A stretch of DNA of 64,000 nt from Blastocystis sp. Blastoise (Eukaryota > Protista > Bigyra: Opalinata), in contig JBBPEB010000012.1 in the NCBI GenBank assembly GCA_039096225.1, positions 1 through 64,000 of the forward strand, written 5' to 3'. How positions within the stretch are numbered: position 1 is the stretch's first letter; each line of letters opens with the position of its first letter. The translations under genes and the position numbers were made by a program. Of this stretch, positions 28,201 through 41,630 are shown piece after piece. Under the pieces are notes generated by a model that was given only the letters and a program-made list of their open reading frames with translations, made no database searches and was not told the DNA's origin.

Positions 28201-31200
28201 TTATAATAATATAATAAATAATAAATAATAATTATAGTATATCTGAATGTATATATACAACATGTCCATTAACGTATCCTTATCGATGTCCTCAAGGATA
28301 TTGTGTTAAGAATGCTACTTTATGTCCTTCTTCAATTACATGTCCAAGATATTATCATTTATCTCCTTCAAATCAATGTATTTCGGATTCTATATTTATT
28401 TTTGGTGAAACTTATAATTATCAATATGATAATAAATTCTTATATTTAAATTTATCTGAAAGTGCACCGAATACAAGATCAAAAAATATGAATTTATATT
28501 CATCTTCTTCTATTCTTAATAATAATATTCAAACTATTTCTTCTATTAAAACTATTAATAATAATAATAATGAAGAAACTACTTTATTTCCTTATCCTCT
28601 CTATCATAAAGATGCTTATAATAATATTATTTATGAAAAATCTTTAAATGAATCTACAATCATTAATATCTATACAAATTGTCCAAAAAACTTTTATAAA
28701 TGTAATGATAATACTTGTGTTGTTTCTATGCTTGAATGTCCAACACATGTTTCATATCCTTTATATATTTATAATATTTATTTATATTTATTATATTTAT
28801 TTATATATTTATATATTTTCTTTAATAACTTTACATGTCATTCTCCTCTTGTATTATGTCCTGATAATACATGTAAACCTTCATCTTTTTATTGTTCTCA
28901 AACACCTCTTTGTCGATCTCCTTATATAAATTGTCCTAATGGAGGATGTGCTTTATTCTATCAACAATGTAGACCTAGTATCTTATGTACTTTTGAAAAA
29001 CCTATTCTTTGTGATAATGGTACTTGTGTTGAAAATAGTCAAGATTGTTATTCACAAATTCATTTTATTGAAAGAAATCAACAAGGAAGTATATATTATA
29101 TATATTATAATAATAATAATAATAAACAATAAACTATAATAAAATAAATCTTTAGAAACTACTACAAATATAACTATTCCTTCTTCTTCAATATTATTAA
29201 CATCTCATTGTCCTTCTGCTTATCCATATTATTGTTCTTCTAGTAAAACATGTGTACGAAATAGTTTATTATGTTCAAGTCCTGTTATTTGTCCTACTAC
29301 GAGTCCTATATTATGTGATACTGGTTATTGTGTATCTTCTTATTCATTATGTACTGATGAATCTAATTATCATTGTCCATTAGGATTCTATATGTGTGAT
29401 TATCAAAAAATATGTGTAGAACATTCTTATTTATGTCCTACTATATCTGTATGTAGAGATAATGAAATGAGATGTGAAGATGGAGGTTGCTATATGATTG
29501 AAGATAGTACTTATGGTGTTACCAATATATTCCCTTATATCTATAATTCTTTACAAGAATATAATGAAGAATATTTAGATATAACAGAATATCATGCTAA
29601 ATCAGATTTAAATATAAAACATACAATAGAACAATGTGTTAGTAAATATTTAGAAATGTATATCGATGTATGTAATATATATAATAATAAAGAAGATATA
29701 AATAATTGTATAAATAAAATAAAAGATCGATATCAACATTTATGTTCACGTAATTATCAATTTTATCCTTGTAGAAGATATAATATACATTATAGTGATG
29801 ATAGTTATTATATATATAGTATATCTCCCTATTTTATACCTACAGGAGATCCTATTGCTTCTATAGAAGGATCTTTAACTTCTATAAATAAATATTATTG
29901 GGATCCATTATCTACAGATACATCCTTTCAATCGAATATCTTATCGAATTCTATTCCTCCTCCTCTTTGTCCTAAAGGTAGTAAACGATGTATAGAGGGT
30001 AGTTGTATATCTCAAAGTGAACAATGTCCTTCTTATCGTATATGTCCAAGAAATAAACCTATTTTATGTAGTGATGGATTATGTCATTATCATCAGAATC
30101 AATGTCTTAATACTATTCATTGTCCTATTAATTATAAATTATGTAATGATGGTAGTTGTGTATTTATAACAAAGAAATGTCCATTATTATATTGTCCAAC
30201 TACAAATCCTATATTATGTTGGGATCAATCATGTCATGTTTCTGAAGATGATTGTCCACCTATACCTCCTTATGTACCTTCAAATTGTCTTAATGGAAAA
30301 TGTATTACTACTGGAGCAAGACAAGTTACTAAATTTACTAGTTTCTGTAGTATTCATGGAGAATATGTTAAAGATCGAAGTGATTGTATTAATGGATATG
30401 AAGGTTATTATAGTATGTTTTTTTTTATTATTTGTATTTTTTTTTTATTTTATTATTTTATAATTTTTTTTTATAATAAAATATATATTTTTATAATATA
30501 TAATATCTTTTTTATAGATAAATATTCAATGGAAAGTGATCATTATGTGACTGGTTTTTGTAGTTATGATAAATATTTATGTTCTGATGGTACATGTGTT
30601 CGTGATTCTTCTTTATGTTCTGAACCTTTATGTCCTATGTTTAAACCTTATAAATGTATTTCAGGATTATGTGTATCTTCAAAAGAAGAATGTACATCGA
30701 ATGATAATTGTAATAATGATCAATTTAGTGGATGGTGTCATAATACATTAATATGTTATTCAAAAGATAGTTCAAAGAATAATATAGATATTTATCATTC
30801 TTCTTGTGATTGGACTTGTAATACTAATGGATATATACGTTGTTTAGATGGTACATGTCGTCAATCTATAGAAGATTGTCCTCTTTCGAATGGTTGCTCT
30901 TCTTCTAAACCTAAATCATGTTATAATGGTGAATGTATAAAAGAAGATGAAGAATGTAGTCGTATGTTTGTTTATTTTATTTTTTTATTTTTTTTTTTTA
31001 TTTTATTTTATTATTTTATTTATAATAATAATATTTATATTTATAATAATAATATTTATATTTATAATAATAAACAACTATTATCTAGCTTTATGTGTTG
31101 CTCCATATAAACAATGTGAGAATGGTTTGTGTATGATATCTACTTTTTATTGTCCTTATTCTTCTTATTCATTTATTCCTGAAGATACATCTCCTTCTCC

Positions 31201-34200
31201 TTCTTTATTTGAAACTTCATTATTGAATACAGATATAAATAATAATAGTTATCTTAATAAAATAATGAATAATATAAAATCTATAATAAATACTCTATAT
31301 AATACAATAATAGATTCTTTTATGAAATATATGGATAAATCTTTCTTTACAGAAAATAATCTTCAGAAATCATCTCCTTTATTAAATGAATATGAATATA
31401 CATTAATAAACAAAAATAATAATACTAATAAACTATCCTTATTTTCTTCAGAACTCTTTGAATCTCCTTTAGTTTATTTTGTAGATCGTCAATATTTATA
31501 TTCTTATTTTTCTAGTCTTCCTTCATTATGTAGTGAAGATAAACCAATTCGATGTGCTATAGGTATATGTGTGAAATCGTATACAGATTGTCCTTTGATT
31601 ATGCCTTGTAATACAAGTAATTATAATACAAATTATATTCGTTGTTCTGATGGTAGTTGTCGTGCTTCTTCTTCTTTATGTACTGATCGAACTATATGTA
31701 CATCTCCTTATAATTATATGTGTAAAACAGGATTATATAATGGATTATGTGTTGAAAAAGAAGAAGATTGTCTTAGTGATAATGGTAAGTTTATTATTAT
31801 TACATATATATTAATTAATTACTAAAAATAAATAATAATAATAATAATATATATAGGTTGTCCATTATCATCTCCCTATAAATGTCCAACAGGTCGTTGT
31901 GTGAAATATTCTTATAATTGTACAACTGAATATACATATCATTCTTGTCCTCATGAAAGACCTTATAAATGTATTCGAGGAGAATGTGTAAGGAATGCTA
32001 ATGAATGTACATTTATTAATGGTTGTTCTCCTCTTCATCCTATATTATGTTCTAATGGTACTTGTGTTTCTACAAGAAATGAATGTTCTTCTATTCTAAA
32101 TTCTAATACATATTCTTGTCCTATAAATCAATCTTATATATGTCCAAATGGTCAATGTGTTTCTCATCCTTCACAATGTTTATTATTAAATAGATGTTCT
32201 ATATATCATTCTCAAGCATGTGCTTCTGGAGATTGTATTCCTTTACATGGTCAACGATATTCACCTATTTTATTATCTTTAAATATTATAAATGAAGATC
32301 AATCTGATAATTATTATAATTCTATAGAAAATTATACATTAATACAAGGAAAAGAAACAGATCAAGAAATTAGTTTTATATATAGAAGTTGTCCAAAAAG
32401 ACCTATTTGTCCAAAAGATATTCCTTTTCTATGTGATGATATGAGTTGTGTAGCTCATTATAGTTTATGTAAACCATGTATAAATTGTAATGTATGTAGG
32501 TGATGTTTATGTTATTAATTTTTATTTTATTTATTTTATTTTATATTTTATTTTATGTTATTTTTATTTAAAATATATACTAATAATAATATCTATATAT
32601 AGCAAGATCCAGAAAAACTTCCTTTTTGTCCTTCACATTTACCTGTAGAATGTCCTGATGGTATATATAATAATAATTATATAATAATAATAATATTTTA
32701 TAGGTACATGTGTATTAAATGAAGGTGATTGTCCATTACTATCAAATTGTCCTGAGAATCTTCCTTATCATTGTTATAATGATTTATGTGTATCTTCTCC
32801 TCTTTATTGTGAAACATTAAATATAACATTATTTTCATCTCTTCCTTCTCCTCTTTCTTTTTCTTCGATTACATTATGTCCTGATGGGTCTTTTCGTGAT
32901 ATTTCTCTTTGTCCTCCTATTCCTCCTTGTCCTACTACATCTCCTAAAAGATGTCCTAATGGTATTTGTGTAGATATCAATATCGATTGTAATTCTATAT
33001 TTATATCACCATCAGGACAACAAGTAGGAAGATCTATTTATTCACCTTATCATTATTATGATTATTCTATTTATTCTAAAGAAAAATCAAATCAAATTAA
33101 TATTCATTATGATTCTACTACATTATCTATTTTTATTCCTATTCTATATTCAAATAATAATACATATAGTTGCTTTATATCTACATATCAATTATGTTCA
33201 GATGGTATTTGTAGATTAACATGTCCTATTACTTATGGATGTATGAACAATCAATTAAGATGTCCTGATTCTACATGTATATCTTTCTCTAAAGAAACAG
33301 AATCTACATTATCATGTAAAGGATTGTATAATTGTCCAAATAATATGTATAGGTATGGTTGTTATTTTTATTTTATATATATTATATTTTTAATTTTATT
33401 TATATAATTATTTTATTATAATAATAACAATAATAATATTTTTTTATAGATGTTTTGATGGTAGTTGTCATTATTCTATATCAGAATGTTTATATTTGAA
33501 TCCAAGAGATATACTTCCTTATGATTATCGTATTACTTTATTAGGTCAAGAATCAAAACAAATTATTCTATATACTCAAACGAATGATTTTTATGGTTAT
33601 ATACATACACCTCATGGTATATATATATATTAATTAATTAATGAATAAAATATATTATTTTTATATAGCTCAATTACATTCTACAAATTTACCAATATTT
33701 TTATCTATAACAACATTATCATCTTCACAATTAAATCAATATACATATAAAGCTAATAATTATACACGTCTTCAAGAATTACGTTTTATTTCAGGAAAAC
33801 CTATAGCTATATATGAACCTCCTCGATATGATTCTTCTTTATTATCTTTACATTTACCTGTAATTCAACATGGATTAATATTAAATTTAACTTTTATAGA
33901 TATTTATAATAAACGTGTAGAATCCTTAATGAATGCAATAGAGATCGATTTAATGTTCCCTCGTAAAGTATGGTTATTACCTCGTGTACTTCAAAATAAT
34001 ACTTATTATCGTCATCCATTAGATATTACAGAAGATGAACATTGTATTGCTAAATTAAATGAAAAACGAAATGAATTTGAATGTTTAGATGAAATTCAAT
34101 ATCGATTTGAAAAAAGTATGATTCTATGTAATATCAAAGAAAGTGGTGTTTATGGTATTATTATAAGACCCAAATTATCAAAAGGATCTTATCCTTATAT

Positions 34201-37200
34201 ATATACAAATCAAAATTCCCAAATTAATACAATCACAATGATTATTTGCTTTGTTTATCTTCCATGTTTTATTATTTTATTGTAAGTTGTTTTTTTTATT
34301 ATTATATTATTATTTTTTTATTTATTATTATATTTTAATTATTTATAAAAATAATATTTATCTTTCTATAGATATTTATTATTTATGTTCTTACGATATA
34401 AATTTCGATGGGATTTTATGAATAAGACCTTTGTGAAATTAGAGACAACAAAAGAAAGTGATCGAATTGAAGATCAATGGCATAGTGAAACACAAGAATG
34501 GATCAATAGTGGTATTGATTTAAGAGATCGAGGTAAATATCGATTAACAGAAAATCAATATGCTTTTGAAACTCAACAGAAAATGAAACAAGATGAAATA
34601 TGGAAAGAAAAATCTATTATAGTAAATAAAAATGAACAAGAAATTAAACGAAGAATTAAACGTATAAAAGCTTTACAAGTATATATTTATTATTATATTA
34701 ATATAAATTAATTTTAAAAATTCTTTTTATAGTTATATTATACTTATTTACAACAATTACAATTACAACCTCATTCTTTAACTCGTTCATTTAGTTCTCC
34801 TGGATATATATCCTTACAATTTCCTTCAAGTGATTCTTCTTCTATTCATAATGAACGTTCTTCTTCTATTAATAGTAATACAGATATGAATATACCTGAA
34901 GGAATAGATATAAATAATGTTGATTCTCATAGTATTCCTTCATCAACAATAGGATCTGCATCTCCTATTTTAAAATCAACAGATAATAATGATAAAGAAC
35001 GTTTATTACCTTTATTACAAGCAACTATGAACATGAATTTAGAACATTCATTATTTAGTCATAGTATTCATACAATATCATTTAATGAATATTATAATGC
35101 AAATATAACTCGATCTTATTCAATGAATAATTTCCATCGTACGAGTAGTACTTGTAGTACTTATGATCAAGATTCTATTCATAGACCTTCCTTATATTTA
35201 TCCTATTCACAATATCATCATAAAAATAGTAATAGTTTTGATCATAAGATGAATTCTAGAGATCAAGATAGAGATCGATATCATTTATATAGTAATGATA
35301 CTGAAGATTTATCTATGGGATTAGATATTGATGGAAGTGGAGATAGTTCTCATCTTTATAATAGTCGTAATAATAGTCATAATAATTCATTTTCTAATAA
35401 TAATAATAAAAGGATGATAATCACAGCAGATTCTGTTGTAGGAAATCCTAATTTCTTACGTGGAGGAACTCTATTGAATATGAATCAAAGAAAGAATAAT
35501 AATTATAATAATGATGATATTCAAGAAAATAATTCAAAGAATAATTTTAATTTAAATTCTAGAAGAGAATTTTTATCAAAAACTATAGATCCTTCTACAA
35601 TAAGAAATATGAGATCTTCTATGAATATACTATCTTCACCAAAACAGAATCATCCTTCTAGAGCTTCTATGTCTATATTAAATATATCTCATGAACCTAT
35701 AGTAGATTCTAAACATCAATCCATGAATTCAAGTGTTTCTATATCAAATTCAAAATCGAATTCGAATTCTAATTCTTCATCAAAACATAGTAGTTTAGAT
35801 TCTTATAAATCAAAGAAAAATAATATTATTATTAATAATAATGAAAATAATATTGATATTATTCATAAAGAAAATAATGAGAATAATGAATCAAATACAC
35901 CTATAGAATCAACAGAAGAGAAACCTAAACGTAAAGTAAAAAAGATTATTAAGAAACGTATAGTAAAGAAGATTGTTAAGAAAAACAGTAATTCTCCTGT
36001 TTCTGAAACTATTGAAGATAGAAAAGATGATAATAATAATGATTTAAATGAAGATAATAAGAATAAGAAGAAAGTAAAGAAAATTATTATTCGTAAAGTT
36101 AAAAAAGGATCTAAAAGTCCAATAGAAGAAGATTCAAAGATTATAAATGATAGTAATAATAATAATAATCATTCTTCTTCTAAATCTCCTCATGATCCAA
36201 TCAATTCATCAACTATAAATAAGAATTGTGAAGAAAATAATGAATTACTAGATACTATAATATTAGATCGTAAATCATTATTAACAAGAAGATCCCTTAA
36301 TATAGATGCTCTAAATGCATCAAAAATGAATCAAATGAATAATAATAATAATAATACAAATCGTGTGAAATCTATGGTTATTCTTCCTCAATCTTCTATT
36401 AATAATAAATCTATAAATCAAAATGATAATAATAATCTAACTCCTTCTCAAATCATATTAAATCATAATAATAATAGTTCTTCATCTTCTACATCTCCTC
36501 ATCCTATAACTATTTCAACTATATCTCCTACTCGATCAGGTATTCATTCTTATACTAATGGTCATTCACCTATTCTTAATAATTCAAATATACCTATACC
36601 TATAGTATCTACTATAGATCAATCTAAACTATTGAATGATTCATCAATCAATATATCAAATCAAATTCCTATTTCTTCTAATAATACATTATCTCATATA
36701 CCTATATATACAAATAATAATTATCGATTAGATTTCAGTCAATCTCCTCTTCCTTTATGGAATAATAATAGATATAGTTCAAATGGTTCTCCTTCTCTTG
36801 TCTCTCCTTCTCATCGAAATTCTTCTTTTGGCTATTATTCTGGACATCGAACTTCTTCTATTTCTTCTTCAGGATATTCATCTCAAAACCCATTATCCTC
36901 TCCTAATCCATTAATATATCCTATTTCTTTGTCTCATTCTCATACTAATAATGAAAATATTATTGAAAATAATAAGAGTAATAATGAAAATATAATAAAT
37001 AATGATGAGAAAATAAACAAAAAAACAAAAAGAATGAATCATAAAGAGAAATCAAAGAAACAAAAAAATAAGAATACTTTATTAACAAGTTCTAATAGAA
37101 ATAATAGTATATCTCCCATAAATCGTATTAGTCGAACTGTTATTCCTTCGGATCTTGATATTCAACAGGAACTTGATAACAAAGCTTATAGTCCTCCTCT

Positions 37201-37309
37201 ATTTATTCCTCATTTACAAAATGATATAAAAACATATAAAGAAGGTATAGAGAAAGATGGTTCTATTTCTTCTATTTCAACTATCGACGAAAATGAAAAT
37301 AAAGAGTAA
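18575..37309 (+). CDS. Giant type-I membrane/surface protein: signal peptide, PA14/fibro-slime domain, filamin/Ig-like repeats, Cys-rich repeats, single TM, low-complexity cytoplasmic tail; about 62 introns
   Basis: Manual splicing gives a continuous frame from ATG 18575 (MRILYLLLFIYTTCLA) to TAA 37307-37309. Fibro-slime-like motifs at ~19930-20505 (FNTWF, LWVFINKHLFLDYGG, LGLIPGITYSISIFFASR). Recurrent RD.Y.N motifs at ~21400-27400. CPxxxPxLCxDGxCV repeats at ~27480-33490. Hydrophobic ITMIICFVYLPCFIILLYLLFMFL followed by RYKFR at ~34230-34400. Confidence 0.85.
22717..22791 (+). other. U12-type AT-AC intron (75 nt, phase 0)
   Basis: ATATCCTTTT...TTTCTTAAT-12nt ending AC. Splicing gives KTEIY|SPISFAG. 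Confidence 0.85.
24416..24483 (+). other. U12-type AT-AC intron (68 nt, phase 2)
   Basis: ATATCCTTTT...TTCTTTAAT-CTATATAC. Splicing gives PGTYK|TIPHLPTARNY and removes a stop. Confidence 0.9.
25699..25760 (+). other. U12-type AT-AC intron (62 nt, phase 0)
   Basis: ATATCTTTTA...TTTCTTAAT-AATCAC. Splicing gives HVHLFD|SFNNTI, restoring the D.F.N repeat motif. Confidence 0.85.
26487..26551 (+). other. U12-type AT-AC intron (65 nt, phase 1)
   Basis: ATATCCTATT...TTCTTTAAT-GAATATAC. Splicing gives HPGNL|TEYTLQLYY. Confidence 0.85.
26978..27054 (+). other. U12-type AT-AC intron (77 nt, phase 2)
   Basis: ATATCCTTTA...TTTCTTAAT-AAACTTAC. Splicing gives QYHYL|SLSPLEPEY...KIRDALGN. Confidence 0.9.
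28754..28834 (+). other. U12-type AT-AC intron (81 nt, phase 2)
   Basis: ATATCCTTTA...TTCTTTAAT-AACTTTAC. Splicing gives ECPTHVS|CHSPLVLC, restoring the Cys-repeat spacing. Confidence 0.9.
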
Positions 37310-37825
37310 AGATTAATATAAAAATTTGTTTATATATATATATTTTTTATTGACTATATATTTTTTTAATAATATATATATTGATTTGTTCTTGTTATAT
37401 ATTAATTATGAATATTATAAAAATGCTTTATGTATATTTACTTTAAGAAATGTAAATAACTTTTGATTAAACCGGCTAAGAATTTGTAATAATTTGTAAA
37501 AGTTTTTTATAAAGAATTGTTTGTTTTTGGTGATATAGTTAGAAAATGTTTATTATTAATTTTATCATTTAAACGAACAAAAGCATTAATGTTAATATTG
37601 AGAACCACTCTTGGACAAATTTGTTTATATTGGGTTTAAAGTGAGTATAGATAGAAAACAGTAATTGGTCGAAAAAGTGTTTAGACTGGCAAAAAATATT
37701 TGGATAATAAAATAATATTGTTTCTTTATACTAGAAAAAGCTAGTTATATGACCAATATTTTACAAAAAAAAAAATAAAATATCCACTAGTGATTAGTAT
37801 AAAAAATATTTAGAAAATAATATAT

Positions 37826-39948
37826 TTACTCCATTCGTTCTAATTTATAAAATAAATGATTCTCCTGAATAAATGGCGAGGTCTTCAATTGTTGATAACA
37901 CATACTAGCTTGTTCATCTGAAATATAATCACCTATATCATATAATATCAATAGAATCAATTATATACCATAATAATAACAAATAAACTCTTCCAATTTA
38001 GGTATTTTTTCGTTTGCTATATTATTGATAAGTTTTGATAATTCTTCATCAAACTTAACATATGTTCTTAAGCTTCTTAGATTTTTAGTTTTATTTTCAT
38101 TTATACAATCAAATAATGCTTCAATCTCATATTGCCGTATATGCTGTTCTATATTTATATATATTTATATGTAAACTATGTAAGATAGATACATATACCT
38201 CCTGTACATTTAATTGTATCCATGAATGAATTAGTATCATATTTAAACCGAAAAACAGAAGTATAAAGATCATAAATATAATCCTGATAAAAGCGACTTA
38301 TATCTATATAAAAAGAGTATTAGTGATTTATGTTTTATCATTTTTATTTATTTACAATGTAATAGAACAGTAGTTGATGATAGAAAGTCTTTGTTATTTA
38401 TATATTTAATAAATTCTAGAATAAATGCACTCCACCATTCATTACTATCACATTTACCTAGAGATACACATAACATTAGACAAGAAATAATTATTAAATA
38501 ATAAAAAATGTATCTATAAAGATTCATGATAAATAATCTAACACATTAAATAATATACATACAAAGTTTGATAGATTTCAATTGAGGGAAATATTCTTTA
38601 GTATATACTTCTAAAAAACTATCATCTGGTAGATCCCTAATTTCTAGAAATATATTGATAATACATATAATGAAATATAATACAGGATTAAAATAAATAT
38701 ACATCTATATAATATAGATATATACCTAGAGTTAATTCAGTTGTATTACAAAAACAACCCTTGGAAATTAATTGGTTAATATCAGTCAAATAGCAATCTA
38801 CATATAATAATAGTTTAGTGAGTTAAATAGTTTTTATTAATAATAATAATAATATATATATATACTTCCTATATTAACAATAGAAGCCTTAGGTATTAAT
38901 TTGCTTAATATATTATTAAATATAGTAAAATATTCAGAAGATGAATCTTTATTAATACAACATACTATATATATTGATATACTATATTTAATAATATCAC
39001 ATACAATTAAAAGATAATTCATGAAAAGCATAAAATCCATTATTATTAAGTAGAGTTGATATCCATTCTAAATATTCTAAACTTATATTCTCATCAACTA
39101 TAGATATTATAAAAAGCATAATAATGATGATAATAATAATAATGATAATAATAATCTACATAAATATAGAGAAAAGAATATACATGAAAGATTTAACTTA
39201 TCCAAATGTTGTATTACATTACTCTTTAAGAATTGTTCTAAAGAATTTCTCATATCCATTTCATTTACTTGATCATCATTGATATGTTCTTTACAATCTA
39301 GAAATCAATAAGATTAATATTAGATATATATGTAAACTATATATTTATTCAATATATAATGAATACTTTTAAATGTGATATCTAAACAACTAATATTATG
39401 TTTGTAATTCATAAAATAATCTAATTTTCGGATATTTTTAAAGTCAGAAGAATCAACTATATAAAATATAATACATACTTAATGTATATAATATATAATA
39501 AATTAAAAGAATAAATAAGTATTATATACTACAAATTGTATCCAAAGAAATAAGTTCTTTTTCAATTAATTCTTTTAAATGAGGAAAATTTAAAATTATC
39601 TTATCTAGATATAATATAGAAATCCAATTAAATATTATATTTATATAACAACTCCATCAATATGAATTGAATGAGTATAAACTAGGTTATCTAGACGAAT
39701 AGCAACTTCTTCATCTTGTTTAAATTTATTAGTATATATATGAATAGTATCAACCATAGATATTAAATCCATAGGAAATAAGGACTCAAAATTAGAAACA
39801 TTTACTATATATACAAATATATATATATATATATATATATTAATAAACAAAGTTACTCATTTCAGTATCGTATTTGATAATATGTAATTTTGGGAAGCAT
39901 TCTTTCTTTATTGAAGATAATGGAAATGAACCTATATATATTATTATT

Positions 39949-39992
<44 letters not shown>

Positions 39993-41630
39993 ATCATCAT
40001 CATAGATGAGTTCTGTAACATAAGGAAATACATGAGTTGTTATAATACTATTCAATAGATTATCATCAATTCTATCAATCAAGTTTTTAACTATATTTAT
40101 AAAATAAGTATGGATAATAATAATTAAAAAATAATACTCCATGAAATATTTAATATAGTCACACCATCAAAAACTCCTTCTTCCAACATTTTTCTAAAAC
40201 ATTTTAGTTGATATCTTGTATAATAATCTAAAAGAAATGAATAAATTATATATATATATACATATTTTTATCATTATTTGTGAAATAAACAAATATAATG
40301 GAAGCAGTAATAATTGAGATATACCCATTTCTGTATTTACGTTTTTGATACTATTCAATAAATATATAAAAAATACATCATAATTCATCATATATAATAT
40401 AACTATATACCAAAATGTTTTATTATTTGCTTTATCTATATTTAATGATAATATAGTATATAACTTTATATATACATACTATCAAATTGAATTACAACTG
40501 TATCTTGTAATACATATTCATCTGCAGTTTCACATATTCAACGGATGAATAATCATCTATATATATAGCTTCACTAAGCATATATTCATATAATTTAGGT
40601 AATTCATTCTTTTGTTTTTTTTCTGTTATAGAATCAATCAATTCACTGGAATAATACATATTATTAAGATCTAAAGTAGAAATCTTATTATATTCATTCA
40701 TTTCTGATTCTGTGTAATATTCATATTTTTCTGAATTCATACTAAATCTATTGACTACACGAATGTATTCCATTATATATTCATCACTATTTGGATTTAA
40801 TAATAGTTCACTTTTCTTATAATTTGAATTTACTATATATTTAATTGAAAATGAAATTATACATCTAAATACCATTTATTATTAATTCTTCTAATGAGGG
40901 AAATATATCTTTAATACACGACGGACATATATATTCTAATGAAATATTTGATGCATATAGATCTATATATATATATATATGCTATTATTTATATCATATT
41001 ATATCTATACATTCGATATCAACTTTAGTAATCTTCATCATCTTAATAAGAAATGAATAATATAATAATTCTTCTTGTTGTTGAGGAGTAATTAGGTCTA
41101 TATATATATTATTTGTAAATAATTACATAGAATTACTTTTTATAAATATTGATGCTCTATCTGAAATAAATATGTCCATAGGCATATGTTGACCATTATT
41201 TTTACCATATCCAATAACTCTCCAATTATTTTCTTTCAAATAATCAATAAATAATTGTTTTAAAGAAATAATAAATCACTTTGCTGTTCATTACTAATCA
41301 CAGCAGGATATTCAACAAGCGTACAATAAATATCATAACTATCTCGCAGATTTAAAGAAGAAATATCCATGTTTTTGTCCATTAAAAAAGAAAACACTTT
41401 ATTCATAGGAGAAGAAGGTATATCTATATAATAACTACCATCTTCATATTTCTCAGAGTGTTTAATGATATCATAAAAGGGTAATTGAGGATATTTCTCC
41501 AAAAATTCTCTTGAAATCCATAATTGCGTCTCATCTTGAAATGAAAATAAATCTAGAAAAGCAAATAAATATTTCTTAGTGATATTTAAATACATTTATT
41601 ATCAGTAAAATGAAATTCGGTGTCTGACAT
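37826..41630 (-). pseudogene. Lineage-specific BTB-like/LRR-like family gene, copy B, with apparent frameshifts
   Basis: ATG at 41630 (MSDTEFH...), TAA at 37826-37828. FQDETQLWISREFLEKYPQLPFYDII is shared with copy A. Frameshifts near 41260 and 40530; sequencing indels cannot be excluded. Confidence 0.65.

Noticed and set aside
22717-28834. AT-AC introns as recent introner/TE insertions
   Set aside because: No shared internal sequence, terminal repeats or target duplications among the six.
37740-37795. A-run followed by CTAGTG, also near 1400-1425, as possible CACTA/Helitron ends
   Set aside because: No matching opposite terminus, TSD or hairpin found.
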